Part shown: in pieces, positions 10,274 through 20,501 of the stretch | How positions within the stretch are numbered: the stretch's first letter is position 1 | How the letters are laid out: each line of letters opens with the position of its first letter | DNA from: Deltaproteobacteria bacterium | GTDB taxonomy: Bacteria; Desulfobacterota; Dissulfuribacteria; Dissulfuribacterales; UBA3076 | Reading direction: 5' to 3' | Assembly (NCBI GenBank): GCA_018399745.1 | Contig: JAGYNZ010000003.1 | Span: 65,992-129,991 of the forward strand | DNA: 64,000 nt | The notes under the pieces: model-generated | The model's input: only the letters and a program-made list of their open reading frames with translations | Database searches by the model: none | What the model was told of the DNA's origin: nothing | Program-made: the position numbers and the translations under genes

Positions 10274-10348
10274 AGGCGCGTAGCTCAGGGGGAGAGCGCT
10301 ACCTTGACGCGGTAGAAGTCGGCGGTTCGATCCCGCCCGCGCCTACCA
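10274..10348 (+). tRNA. tRNA-Val (anticodon GAC), CCA encoded
   Basis: Hand-folded cloverleaf: acceptor AGGCGCG/CGCGCCT, anticodon stem CTACC/GGTAG with loop TTGACGC, T-arm GGCGG-TTCGATC-CCGCC, terminal ACCA. Confidence 0.9.
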
Positions 10349-10444
10349 ATATCCATTTTCTGTCCTCCCCTGACTTTTAAAAGGCATCTTTTCGCCCACA
10401 CCAAGGGACAAAGATGCCTTTTTCTGCTTTGAACAGAGAGACCA

Positions 10445-12394
10445 ATGGCAGAGACTGAAACAGATGTCATCACTATAAATTTTAATGGTGAAAACATAGA
10501 GCGGGTTACAGACGAGACTCCTGCTTCTGAATTCCTGGCCGGCGTACTCAGCAAGAGTAAGCAAAAAAAGGTGATTCTTGTTCGAATTGACGGGGAATTA
10601 AAAGATATTTCCACGCCTCTTACACATGACTGCAGAATAGAGGCTATATTACCCGGAGATGATGATACCCTTGAAGTTTTAAGGCACACTGCATCACATA
10701 TTATGGCCCAGGCCGTTAAAGAGCTTTTCCAAGATATACGATTAGGTATAGGACCTGCAATAGAAAACGGGTTTTACTATGATTTCGACTACCAAAGGCC
10801 CTTTACCCCTGAAGACTTAGAAAAGATAGAATCCAGGATGAAAGAAATCGTAAAGAGGTCTCAAGGCATAACAAGAGAAAACATGGCCCTGGAAGAGGCC
10901 AAGAAACGATTTGAGAAGCTTGGAGAGAGATACAAACTTGAAATACTGGATGAACTTGATGCCCAAGGGGTAGAAAAGGTCTCAATATACGGCCAAGGAG
11001 AATTCATAGATCTGTGTAAAGGGCCGCATCTTCCACACACGGGGCACTTGACTGCCTTTAAGCTCAACAGCCTTGCCGGGGCATACTGGAAAGGGGATGA
11101 AACCCGGCCGATGCTCCAGCGTATATACGGCACGGCGTTTTTCGATAAAAAATCCCTAAAAGAACACCTGAATCGTCTGGAAGAGGCCAAGAAACGGGAT
11201 CACCGTCGTCTCGGCAGAGATCTGGACCTTTTTTCCTTACATGAAGAGATTGGTCCAGGACTTATACTATGGCACCCTAAGGGGGGAATTATCCGCAAGA
11301 TAATTGAGGACTTCTGGCGCAACGAGCACTTCCGCAGAGATTACGACATACTCTTTACTCCTCATATTGCCCGCAGGGACCTCTGGAAGACCAGCGGCCA
11401 TCTGGATTTCTACACTGAGAACATGTATCTCCCAATGGAAATCGACCAGGTAAGCTATCAGTTAAGACCAATGAATTGCCCATTTCACATAGCGATCTAC
11501 AACTCACAGATACGCAGTTACCGGGAACTTCCCATGCGTTGGTGCGAACTCGGTACTGTCTATCGCTATGAAAGGACAGGCACCCTGCACGGACTCATGA
11601 GGGTCAGAGGATTTACGCAAGACGACGGCCATGTCTTTTGCCGACTGGATCAGCTCAATGAGGAAATTCATGAAATTCTGGATTTAACTCTATATGTCCT
11701 GAGGGTATTTGGTTTTAAGCGATATGAAATCTATCTTTCCACCCGTCCCGACAAATATGTAGGCTCGAATGAAAATTGGGAGCGTGCAACCGACGCACTC
11801 AGGCAGGCACTTGAGAAGGAGGAATTGACCTATGAAGTAGATCCTGGTGAAGGCGTATTTTATGGTCCCAAGATCGATATAAAAATCAAAGATTGTCTGG
11901 ATCGTTCATGGCAGTGTTCGACTATCCAGGTTGACTTCAACCTCCCAGAGAGATTTGATGTGCGTTATATAGGGGAAGACAGCCGGCCCCATACGCCGAT
12001 AATGGTACACCGGGCCCTGCTTGGATCCCTGGAGCGGTTCTTCGGTGTACTGATTGAACACTATGCAGGGGCCTTTCCTCTCTGGCTGGCCCCTGTTCAG
12101 GCCATTGTTATAACCGTAACCGACAGACAGAATCAGTGGGCGGAATCAGTTGTAAAAAAACTCAGAACCGCTGGTGTCAGGACAAAAGCCGACCTCAGAA
12201 ATGAAAAGCTGGGCAAAAAAATTCGGGAGGCCCAACTTGACAAGATACCTTACATGTTGATAGTCGGCGATCAGGAAGTAATTGATATGACCGTAAGTCC
12301 TCGCACCCAAAAGGGCCAGAAACTGACAGCTATATCTGTTAATGACTTTATCGCTCTGGTGGAAAAAGAGTGCAGGGAAGTCTTTAATTGTTAA
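10445..12394 (+). CDS. thrS: Threonine--tRNA ligase
   Basis: 649 aa with an N-terminal TGS domain, class II core motifs (RGFTQDDGHVF, FYGPKID) and an anticodon-binding C-terminus. Confidence 0.95.
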   Translation: MAETETDVITINFNGENIERVTDETPASEFLAGVLSKSKQKKVILVRIDGELKDISTPLTHDCRIEAILPGDDDTLEVLRHTASHIMAQAVKELFQDIRLGIGPAIENGFYYDFDYQRPFTPEDLEKIESRMKEIVKRSQGITRENMALEEAKKRFEKLGERYKLEILDELDAQGVEKVSIYGQGEFIDLCKGPHLPHTGHLTAFKLNSLAGAYWKGDETRPMLQRIYGTAFFDKKSLKEHLNRLEEAKKRDHRRLGRDLDLFSLHEEIGPGLILWHPKGGIIRKIIEDFWRNEHFRRDYDILFTPHIARRDLWKTSGHLDFYTENMYLPMEIDQVSYQLRPMNCPFHIAIYNSQIRSYRELPMRWCELGTVYRYERTGTLHGLMRVRGFTQDDGHVFCRLDQLNEEIHEILDLTLYVLRVFGFKRYEIYLSTRPDKYVGSNENWERATDALRQALEKEELTYEVDPGEGVFYGPKIDIKIKDCLDRSWQCSTIQVDFNLPERFDVRYIGEDSRPHTPIMVHRALLGSLERFFGVLIEHYAGAFPLWLAPVQAIVITVTDRQNQWAESVVKKLRTAGVRTKADLRNEKLGKKIREAQLDKIPYMLIVGDQEVIDMTVSPRTQKGQKLTAISVNDFIALVEKECREVFNC

Positions 12395-12530
12395 TAAGAT
12401 CATAGTATAAAAATTTATTTTTTAGAAACAGGTTCATACAGACGAAAGCAGTATAACCAATTAAATCAGTGTAAGAAATTTTTTAAATTCGGCCGAAGGG
12501 TATTAACGTGAAAGACAGTGGGGGTGCAGT

Positions 12531-13049
12531 ATCGCAAGAGAAATTCCAGTCAATGTAAATTACAGGATCAGGGCCAGGGAAGTACGCCTCGTAAGTGAGG
12601 ACGGAAAGCAGCTCGGAGTAGTAACGCTGGATGAAGCCCTGGCAAAAGCGGAGGCTATTGGATTAGACTTGGTGGAGGTAGCCCCGAATGCCCAGCCACC
12701 GGTCTGCCGTATTATGGACTACGGAAAATTCAAGTATGAGCAAAGCAAAAAGGCTCAGGAGGCCCGGAAAAAACAGACCATTATTCAAGTCAAAGAGATT
12801 AAAATGCGTCCAAGAACGGATGTACATGATCTCGATGTAAAAAAGAGACGAATAAGGGAGTTCATTGGCGCCGGCAATAAAGTAAAGGTCACTGTAAGGT
12901 TTCGAGGCCGGGAAAACGCCTACCCTGAATTGGGATATACCTTATTAAAACAAATTATGGAGGAGATTTCCGATATTGCCGTCTCTGAAAACGACCCTGT
13001 CAAGCAAGGTCCGTTAATGCACACAATACTTGCTCCGAGAAAGGATTGA
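12531..13049 (+). CDS. infC: Translation initiation factor IF-3 with a non-AUG start
   Basis: The conserved sequence IRAREVRLVSEDGKQLGVVTLDEALAKAEAIGLDLVEVAPNAQPPVCRIMDYGKFKYE extends upstream of the track ORF (12669). The frame is open back to 12507 and contains no ATG. Candidate starts are ATC 12531, preceded by GGGGGTG, and ATT 12543. Confidence 0.85.
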   Translation: MAREIPVNVNYRIRAREVRLVSEDGKQLGVVTLDEALAKAEAIGLDLVEVAPNAQPPVCRIMDYGKFKYEQSKKAQEARKKQTIIQVKEIKMRPRTDVHDLDVKKRRIREFIGAGNKVKVTVRFRGRENAYPELGYTLLKQIMEEISDIAVSENDPVKQGPLMHTILAPRKD

Positions 13050-13157
13050 CCTGAAACCCTTATGGGGTTATCTATTGGGGTTTGTGAATTTATACAGGAT
13101 TAGTAAGGCCATTGAGCCACCTGCGGTTTTTCAGCAGAATATTAAGGATAAATAATT

Positions 13158-13355
13158 ATGCCAAAGATGAAGACCAGACGCGCTGCTGCAAAGCGCTTCA
13201 AAAAGACCGGGACCGGGAAGTTCATGTATAGAAAGGCGGGGTCGAGCCATCTTTTGACCTCCAAGACACGTAAACGCAAAAGGGACCTGAGAAAAGACAC
13301 AGAGATTTCTGAAGCAAGGGTCAAATCAATCAGGCGAATGATGCCTTTCATCTGA
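13158..13355 (+). CDS. rpmI: 50S ribosomal protein L35
   Basis: 65 aa, MPKMKTRRAAAKRFKKTGTGK. Confidence 0.95.
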   Translation: MPKMKTRRAAAKRFKKTGTGKFMYRKAGSSHLLTSKTRKRKRDLRKDTEISEARVKSIRRMMPFI

Positions 13356-13399
13356 TTTCGTTCAGTATAAATTTTGACCTAAAAGGAGCTTGAAAGAAA

Positions 13400-13750
13400 A
13401 TGCCACGGGTTACAAGGGGCTTTAAGGCCCATCGTCGTCGCAAGAAGATACTCAATATGGCCAAAGGCTACAGAGGTGCCAGACGCCTCTGTTTCAAACA
13501 GGCAAAGGAGACTGTGGAAAAGGGACTTTGCTATGCCTACAGAGATCGCAAGACTAAAAAACGCATGTTTCGTCGCTTGTGGATAATCCGCATTAACGCG
13601 GCCTGCAGGCTGAATGGTATGTCCTACAGCCGCTTTATTAAAGGTATTACCAAGGCAGGGGTTGCTGTGGACCGTAAGATGCTTGCCGATATCGCAGTAA
13701 CAGATCTAAATGCCTTTTCCTCTCTTGTAGAAACAGCAAAGAACACCTGA
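13400..13750 (+). CDS. rplT: 50S ribosomal protein L20
   Basis: 116 aa, [18 protein letters not shown]...YRDRKTKKR. Confidence 0.95.
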   Translation: MPRVTRGFKAHRRRKKILNMAKGYRGARRLCFKQAKETVEKGLCYAYRDRKTKKRMFRRLWIIRINAACRLNGMSYSRFIKGITKAGVAVDRKMLADIAVTDLNAFSSLVETAKNT

Positions 13751-13765
13751 TAAAGAACCGGATAT

Positions 13766-14776
13766 ATGCAGGAGCGCCTAGAGGAAATCAGGTCTCAGGC
13801 CTTTGAGGCCATAAAATCAGCGTCCAGCGAGAAAGATCTTGAAAATATAAGAGTCAGGGTCCTTGGCCGTAAAGGGGAAGTGACTGTGGTCTTAAAGGCC
13901 ATAGGAAAGCTTTCTGCCGAAGAACGTCCAAAGGTCGGGCAACTGGCCAACAAGCTCAAAAAGGAGCTAGAGGCAGCTATCAATGCCCGCAAGAAGGCGT
14001 TAAAGGACTTTCATGTCAGCGCCTTTATTCCAGGACTGGATCCTACGCTTCCAGGAAGGCAAAAACGGCTTGGCAGATTGCACCCCATCACACAGGTGAT
14101 GAATCAAATATGTTCTGTATTTGAGAGGATGGGCTTTACTGTGGTCCAGGGTCCTGAGGTAGAACTTGACTTTTATAATTTTGAGGCCCTGAATATTCCT
14201 CCTGACCACCCTGCCAGAGACATGCAGGACACTTTTTATATTGACGACAAGGTCCTGCTTCGAACTCACACGTCCCCGATACAGATACGCGCTATGGAAA
14301 GGCAACAGCCCCCAATTCGTGTAATTGCACCGGGCAAGGTGTACAGGTGCGACTCAGATATAACCCATACCCCGATGTTCCACCAAGTGGAAGGTCTTAT
14401 GGTGGACAGGGATGTCTCCTTTGCAGGTCTCAAGGGGGTATTGACCGCCTTTGTCCAACAGATATTTGATCCGAATACCCTGGTACGCTTCAGACCGAGC
14501 TTCTTCCCGTTTACAGAGCCCAGTGCGGAAATAGATATTCAGTGCGTCATATGCAAAGGCAAGGGCTGCAGGATATGTTCTCAGACCGGCTGGATGGAAG
14601 TGTTGGGTGCCGGCATGGTGCATCCAGAGGTGTTCAGGCACGTGGGTTACGATGCCGAACAATTTAGCGGCTTTGCATTCGGCCTTGGAGTAGAAAGAAT
14701 CGCAATGCTCAAATTTGGTATTGACGACATCCGCCTTTTTTATGATAACGACCTGCGTTTCCTCCACCAGTTTTGA
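13766..14776 (+). CDS. pheS: Phenylalanine--tRNA ligase alpha subunit
   Basis: 336 aa with HPARDMQDTF, LLRTHTSPIQIR and FPFTEPSAE motifs. Confidence 0.95.
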   Translation: MQERLEEIRSQAFEAIKSASSEKDLENIRVRVLGRKGEVTVVLKAIGKLSAEERPKVGQLANKLKKELEAAINARKKALKDFHVSAFIPGLDPTLPGRQKRLGRLHPITQVMNQICSVFERMGFTVVQGPEVELDFYNFEALNIPPDHPARDMQDTFYIDDKVLLRTHTSPIQIRAMERQQPPIRVIAPGKVYRCDSDITHTPMFHQVEGLMVDRDVSFAGLKGVLTAFVQQIFDPNTLVRFRPSFFPFTEPSAEIDIQCVICKGKGCRICSQTGWMEVLGAGMVHPEVFRHVGYDAEQFSGFAFGLGVERIAMLKFGIDDIRLFYDNDLRFLHQF

Positions 14777-14792
14777 TTAATAAAGTAATCTT

Positions 14793-17213
14793 ATGCTAAT
14801 CCTGACATCCTGGCTCAAAGAGTTTGTACATTTTACCGTGCCTTTAGAGACGCTGGCAGAAGATCTCACTATGAAAGGTCTTGAAGTAGAAGAGATGGAG
14901 TTTTTCTACAAAGGACTGACTCCGGTCGTAGTATGCGCAGTCAAGAAGATCGTCACTCACCCCCATGCGTCGCATTTAAAGGTCTGCACGGTAACAACAG
15001 GCGAACAGGATTTTGACGTCGTTTGCGGGGCACCTAATGTAGAGAGAGGGATGTTGGCAGCTCTTGCAAGGCCTGGAACCGTTTTATCCGATTGTACGAC
15101 GGTGAAACCTTCTAACCTTTATGGAATACTTTCTGATGGAATGCTTTGTTCAGAGGCTGAACTTGGTATCGGTGAAGATAAAACAGGAATACTTAAACTG
15201 GAACCCGCCCACGGATGCAAACCGGGAAAATCTCTTATAGATGTTATGGGACTGTGCGACTGGATCCTGGATATTGCCGTTACGCCAAACCGTCCTGACT
15301 GTCTCAGTATCATGGGAGTCGCCAGAGAGGTATCCGCCATATACGGCATCCCCCTGACAATACCTCAATCAACAGATCAACAGATCAACAGATCAACAGA
15401 TCAACAGATTCCCATTTCCATAGAAGCCCCTGACCTGTGTGGTAGATATACGGCTGCCGTAATGGAAGGGATTAAGATCGGTCCTTCCCCTCACTGGATA
15501 GCCATGAGATTACAGGCTAGTGGAATAAGGCCGATAAATAATGTAGTGGATGTGACAAACTACGTATTGATCGAACGAGGGCAACCGCTCCATGCCTTTG
15601 ATCTCGATAGGCTAACAGGACCGGTTATTGAAGTCAGGACAGCAAGGCCTGGAGAAAAAATAAAGACAATTGACGGAAAGAACAGAGAAATCCGGCCGGA
15701 CATGTTGGTCATTGCAGATGCAGAGAGGCCAGTGGCTTTGGCCGGTGTCATGGGTGGAGCTGAAACCGAGGTCAATGATGATACGAGGCGTATACTCCTT
15801 GAAAGTGCATGGTTTATTCCAACGCAAGTAAGAAGAACATCGAAGGTCCTTAGAATGACTACCGAGTCCTCATACCGGTTTGAACGGGGAGTTGACCCGG
15901 AAGGGGTAATAAGTGCACTTTACAGGACAGTGGAACTTGTTGGTCAAATAACCGGCGGCCGTCTGCTTGGAGAAATCAAGGATGTTTATCCAAAACCATA
16001 TAAATCTGAATATCTGTCTCTTCGTCCGGAAAGGGTCAACACACTGCTCGGTACAGGGCTTGGATCTGGACAGATGGCCCAATTTCTTGAAAGGATTGGT
16101 ATTGAGCTCGACCACATTGATGATCAAATAATAAGAGGAATGGCACCCACATACCGTCTTGATCTGAAAGAAGAGGTAGATCTTGTAGAGGAAATAGCCC
16201 GACTCTACGGCTTTCCTGATATACCGACTCATGTACCACGGGCAGGAATTGCTACCAGGGCTCCGGAACCGTCTCAAAAACTTGTTGAAAGGATAAGAAG
16301 CATTCTTACATCTCTGGGAATGACCGAGGTAATCTCATATAGTTTTATGTCTCCAAGGGAAATAGAGGTCTTGGGCCTGGATAAAAATGATCCAAGGATG
16401 CGAATGCTGAATGTGCAGAATCCCTTGAACGACGATCAGTCAGTAATGAGGACCAGCATTATCCCCTCACTTATGGAGACGGTAGCCAGAAACCAGTCGA
16501 AGCGCAATATGGACCTTGGACTTTTTGAGATTGGCACTGTATTTTATGCAAGGGAAGCGGGCGAACTTCCCTTTGAAGAACAGAGAATAGCTGGCCTGTA
16601 TACAGGAGCGCGTTATCCCGAATCGTGGTCATGGCCTAGTGAGCAAGTAGATCTTTTTGATTTAAAAGGAGCTCTGCAAGGAATGCTTCAGGCCCTTGGA
16701 ATATCCGGGTGGAAAACCTTATTGAAGACGGCAGATGGTCCTTTTTATCTGCAGGGGGCTTCAGCCAGTATAGTATGGAAAGAAAATAAAGTCCTGGGCA
16801 ACTTTGGCCAAATCGATCCGAATGTTTTGGAATTTTGGGGTATAGAAGGACCGGTATTTATATTTGAACTCTCTTTTAATGCCTTAGAAAAAGCCGCGTC
16901 CCAGCAACTTAAATTTACTCCCCTTGCCAAGTATCCTGCTGTGGAAAGAGATGTTGCGGTAATTGTCCCCGACAGGCTTTCAGCTCAGGATCTGCTGGAA
17001 TATATTTCCGGCCGGGGCATGGAGCTTCTGGAAGAAGTCCGGATCTTTGATATTTACAGGGGGAAACCTGTTCCAGAAGGCTCAAAAAGCATAGGCATGC
17101 GCTTTACATACAGGGCCTTTGATCATACACTCTCAGATCGTGAGGTTTCGAAGGTCCATGATCCAGTTGTCAGCTCTATTCTTAAATCCTTTAAGGCAAA
17201 TCTGAGGAACTGA
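14793..17213 (+). CDS. pheT: Phenylalanine--tRNA ligase beta subunit
   Basis: 806 aa with tRNA-binding, B3/4, B5 and FDX-ACB domain order. It follows pheS directly. Confidence 0.95.
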   Translation: MLILTSWLKEFVHFTVPLETLAEDLTMKGLEVEEMEFFYKGLTPVVVCAVKKIVTHPHASHLKVCTVTTGEQDFDVVCGAPNVERGMLAALARPGTVLSDCTTVKPSNLYGILSDGMLCSEAELGIGEDKTGILKLEPAHGCKPGKSLIDVMGLCDWILDIAVTPNRPDCLSIMGVAREVSAIYGIPLTIPQSTDQQINRSTDQQIPISIEAPDLCGRYTAAVMEGIKIGPSPHWIAMRLQASGIRPINNVVDVTNYVLIERGQPLHAFDLDRLTGPVIEVRTARPGEKIKTIDGKNREIRPDMLVIADAERPVALAGVMGGAETEVNDDTRRILLESAWFIPTQVRRTSKVLRMTTESSYRFERGVDPEGVISALYRTVELVGQITGGRLLGEIKDVYPKPYKSEYLSLRPERVNTLLGTGLGSGQMAQFLERIGIELDHIDDQIIRGMAPTYRLDLKEEVDLVEEIARLYGFPDIPTHVPRAGIATRAPEPSQKLVERIRSILTSLGMTEVISYSFMSPREIEVLGLDKNDPRMRMLNVQNPLNDDQSVMRTSIIPSLMETVARNQSKRNMDLGLFEIGTVFYAREAGELPFEEQRIAGLYTGARYPESWSWPSEQVDLFDLKGALQGMLQALGISGWKTLLKTADGPFYLQGASASIVWKENKVLGNFGQIDPNVLEFWGIEGPVFIFELSFNALEKAASQQLKFTPLAKYPAVERDVAVIVPDRLSAQDLLEYISGRGMELLEEVRIFDIYRGKPVPEGSKSIGMRFTYRAFDHTLSDREVSKVHDPVVSSILKSFKANLRN
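15368..15409 (+). repeat. Perfect 8-nt tandem repeat (ATCAACAG x5 plus 2 nt) inside pheT
   Basis: Read directly: aATCAACAGATCAACAGATCAACAGATCAACAGATCAACAGATt. It translates as STDQQINRSTDQQI in a linker just before the B3/4 domain. Confidence 0.95.
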
Positions 17214-17527
17214 TGAGCGCTTTGACCAAGCGGGAAATCGCTGAGACAGTAAGCAATGAACTTGGCTATTCCATGCGTGTCAGCCAGCAATTGGTCAATG
17301 CGGTCTTCAGCCAGATCAAGGCATCACTTATCAATGGCGATCAAGTAAAAATTGTGAGGTTTGGTACTTTATGCAGTGTGCAAAAATTAGCACGCAGAGG
17401 GACTAACCCTGTTAATGGAGAGCCTATTATTATTCCCGCCCAGCGTACAGTGGTTTTCCACCCCAGCCGAGCACTTAAGAGGACCATAAATGCCAGAAAA
17501 GGGGAAGAAATATTACCGGATAGGTGA
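17213..17527 (+). CDS. ihfA: Integration host factor alpha subunit (HU/IHF family)
   Basis: 104 aa with LTKREIAE...GDQVKIVRFGTL...ARRGTNPVNGEPIIIPAQRTVVFHPSRALK. It occupies the classic position after pheST. Confidence 0.8.
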   Translation: MSALTKREIAETVSNELGYSMRVSQQLVNAVFSQIKASLINGDQVKIVRFGTLCSVQKLARRGTNPVNGEPIIIPAQRTVVFHPSRALKRTINARKGEEILPDR

Positions 17528-17825
17528 GGTAAGTGAGCTAATCGGGGTTGAAGCTCATGTACTTCGCTATTGGGAAGGCGAATTTCGGCAAATTCGTACT
17601 CACAGGGTTGCAAAACAACGTCTTTACAGGATTGAAGATATTGATTTTATAAGGCATATAAAGACACTACTTTATGATCAAGGATTTACCATAGCCGGTG
17701 CCAAGAGGCGGATCGCAGAAGAACAAAAAATGAAGAATGGCGGCGACTGCACAGATGAGTTGCTCAGGGAAATCAGGCATGGACTAATTGCCATCAATGA
17801 GATGATCGATCCAAAAAATGGATGA
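17490..17825 (+). CDS. MerR-family transcriptional regulator
   Basis: YYRIGEVSELIGVEAHVLRYWEGEF helix-turn-helix motif. It overlaps the ihfA 3' end by 38 nt. Confidence 0.8.
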   Translation: MPEKGKKYYRIGEVSELIGVEAHVLRYWEGEFRQIRTHRVAKQRLYRIEDIDFIRHIKTLLYDQGFTIAGAKRRIAEEQKMKNGGDCTDELLREIRHGLIAINEMIDPKNG

Positions 17826-18930
17826 CAGCCAGCATAAAGAACTTAAGCGCCTCAGGCAGCGAATTGATGAAATAGACGTTGAGCTTGTAGGCCTTCTCCA
17901 GGAACGTCTGAAGGTGGCGGAAGAGATCGGCCGGACTAAGGCAGAATTCTCCCAGCAGCCCCTTGATCTCTCGCGTGAACGCGAAGTAATACAGCACATT
18001 TTAAAACAAAATGCAAAAAAATTTCCTCCGGGAGGTCTAAGGATCATATTCGGAGAGATAATATCCGCCTGCAGGAACGCCCAACGGCCAGCCAGGGTGG
18101 GATATTTAGGCCCTGAGACAACTTTTAGCCATATGGCAGCAGCTCGGTTCTTTGGCCATGCCCCTGAATTTATTCCGATGGAGAACATTACCGAGGTATT
18201 TGAAGAAGTAGAACGAGGACGTACAGACTATGGAGTGGTGCCTATAGAAAATTCGGTTGAGGGGACTGTAGCCTTGGCCATGGACGGGCTTTGCGATTTT
18301 AAGGTCAAGGTATGCGGAGAAGTTTATCTGCCTATTGTTCACGACCTTATCAGTCAGAGCGGCAGAACAGACAAGATACGCCGTATTCTTTCCCATCCCC
18401 AACCCCTGGCTCAGTGCAGAAGATGGCTGCAACATAACATGCGGGCAATCCCCACAGAAGCAGTGGTCAGCACTGCACAGGCCGCCCGGTGGGCAGCGGT
18501 TGATTCTTCCGTAGCGGCTATTGCCAGTCCCTTGGCAGCCCGCACATACAACCTTCAGACAGTCGACAGGCACATTGAGGACTTTGCAGGGAACACCACC
18601 CGTTTCCTGGTTCTCGGCAATGAGTGTCCCAAGCCAAGTGGAAAAGACAAGACCTCCCTGCTTTTAAGCCTTGAGGACCGTCCGGGTTCGCTTTTTAAGT
18701 TACTCGAGCCATTGGCAAAACTTAGAATAAATCTCACCAAAATACAGTCCAGACCGATAAAAAACGAGCCATGGAGATATCTGTTTTATGTGGATATTGA
18801 AGGCCATATAGAAGACCCGAATGTACAGAAAGGAATCAAAGTCATTCGAAAAGGCTGCGCCTTTCTGGAATGGTTAGGCTCTTATCCTATGGGGGAAATG
18901 GCGGCATCAGCCGCTAATCCTCTGTCTTAA
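17818..18930 (+). CDS. pheA: Bifunctional chorismate mutase / prephenate dehydratase (P-protein)
   Basis: N-terminal chorismate mutase helix (LKRLRQRIDEIDVELVGLLQER), prephenate dehydratase core and a C-terminal ACT domain (TSLLLSLEDRPGSLFKLLEPL). Confidence 0.9.
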   Translation: MDDSQHKELKRLRQRIDEIDVELVGLLQERLKVAEEIGRTKAEFSQQPLDLSREREVIQHILKQNAKKFPPGGLRIIFGEIISACRNAQRPARVGYLGPETTFSHMAAARFFGHAPEFIPMENITEVFEEVERGRTDYGVVPIENSVEGTVALAMDGLCDFKVKVCGEVYLPIVHDLISQSGRTDKIRRILSHPQPLAQCRRWLQHNMRAIPTEAVVSTAQAARWAAVDSSVAAIASPLAARTYNLQTVDRHIEDFAGNTTRFLVLGNECPKPSGKDKTSLLLSLEDRPGSLFKLLEPLAKLRINLTKIQSRPIKNEPWRYLFYVDIEGHIEDPNVQKGIKVIRKGCAFLEWLGSYPMGEMAASAANPLS

Positions 18931-19100
18931 ATAAAGAACTGTCCCGCCCCCTCTTTATACTTTTCTTAAAAATCCTGGTTGCCTTAGTTACAACAAGTAA
19001 TTAACCTGAAAAAGATGCAAGGAGGCAAAGAAGACATATTGAGCACCCAACAAATTGAATAAGCAAAGGTACTTTTAGATATTAGCAGGTATATAACAAT

Positions 19101-20501
19101 ATGAATGAAGACAAAAAAGTCTCCAGAAAACCGTGGGACGGAAGATTTGTGGAGGCCACTGAAAAAATGCTGGAGGGATTTTCAGCCTCAGTCCACTATG
19201 ATTGCAGACTGTATCGTCAGGATATAGCAGGCAGTAAAGTCCATGCCCGCATGCTGGCAAGACAGGGGATTATTCCAGACAAAGATGCCGACGCCATAGA
19301 TAACGGGCTTAGCCAGATAGAGGAAGAAATTGCGTCCGGAGACTTTGTCTGGAGCAACGAGCTTGAGGATATACATATGAACATTGAGCAGGCCCTTGTT
19401 GAGCGCATTGGAGAGGCAGGGAAAAGGCTCCACACAGCCAGAAGCCGCAATGATCAGGTTGCTGCAGATACCAGACTCTATCTAAGAGAAGAAATCGATC
19501 GCCTTAATAGACTACTTTCATTGCTGCAGAAGGCACTGCTGCAACAGGCAAGGGCCCACAAGGATCTTATACTACCTGGTTACACCCATCTCCAGAGAGC
19601 ACAGCCGGTCCTCTGGCCACATCATATGTTGGCCTATTTTGAAATGTTTACGCGCGACAGGGATAGGCTCCAAGACTGCAGAAAAAGGGTAAATATTTGC
19701 CCCCTTGGAAGTGCTGCCCTAGCTGGAACCGGCTTTCCAATAGACAGAGAATACGTGGCTGAGCAGCTTGGCTTCCATGGAATTACTGCTAACAGCCTGG
19801 ACGCGGTAAGTGACAGGGACTTTATTATCGAATTTCTGGCAACGGCAGGTATTATAATGGCCCATTTGAGCAGGCTATCTGAAGAACTGATTATATGGGC
19901 CTCTGCAGAATTCAGCTTTGTGGATCTTCCCGACGGCTTTTGTACCGGCTCAAGCATAATGCCCCAGAAAAAGAATCCCGATGTGCCAGAACTGGTCAGG
20001 GGAAAGACTGGCAGGGTATACGGCCACCTGATGTCTCTTCTTACTATTGTTAAGGGCCTTCCCCTTGCCTACAACAGAGATCTCCAGGAAGACAAAGAGG
20101 CGCTCTTCGACACGGTTGATACTGTATGCGCCTCAGTGGAGATAATGGCTGCCCTGGTGGTCAGGCTTGTCCCAAAGAAAAAAAATATCCACCGGACTGT
20201 GACACAGGGTTTTCTCACTGCCACTGACCTTGCTGATTACCTTGTAAAAAAAGGAATGCCTTTCAGACAGGCACATTCAATAGTGGGCAAGGCAGTTTTA
20301 CGGTGTATTTCCCAAGGCAAAGACCTGGCGGAGATGAGCCTTGAGGACCTAAAGGCCTTTTCTTCCCTTATAGACGAAGATATATTTGAGGTACTGTCAA
20401 TAGAGGGTTCTGTGGGGACAAGGCGTTGTCCCGGAGGTACGGCACCTGAACGAGTAACGGAGGCACTGGCAAAGGCGGAGAAAAAAATGACCTATGAATA
20501 A
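19101..20501 (+). CDS. argH: Argininosuccinate lyase
   Basis: 466 aa with the fumarate-lyase signature [15 protein letters not shown]. Confidence 0.95.
   Translation: MNEDKKVSRKPWDGRFVEATEKMLEGFSASVHYDCRLYRQDIAGSKVHARMLARQGIIPDKDADAIDNGLSQIEEEIASGDFVWSNELEDIHMNIEQALVERIGEAGKRLHTARSRNDQVAADTRLYLREEIDRLNRLLSLLQKALLQQARAHKDLILPGYTHLQRAQPVLWPHHMLAYFEMFTRDRDRLQDCRKRVNICPLGSAALAGTGFPIDREYVAEQLGFHGITANSLDAVSDRDFIIEFLATAGIIMAHLSRLSEELIIWASAEFSFVDLPDGFCTGSSIMPQKKNPDVPELVRGKTGRVYGHLMSLLTIVKGLPLAYNRDLQEDKEALFDTVDTVCASVEIMAALVVRLVPKKKNIHRTVTQGFLTATDLADYLVKKGMPFRQAHSIVGKAVLRCISQGKDLAEMSLEDLKAFSSLIDEDIFEVLSIEGSVGTRRCPGGTAPERVTEALAKAEKKMTYE

Noticed and set aside
10285-10689. A 134-aa minus-strand ORF spanning the tRNA-Val 3' half and the thrS 5' end.
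   Set aside because: It overlaps a well-folded tRNA and the conserved thrS N-terminus, so it is spurious.
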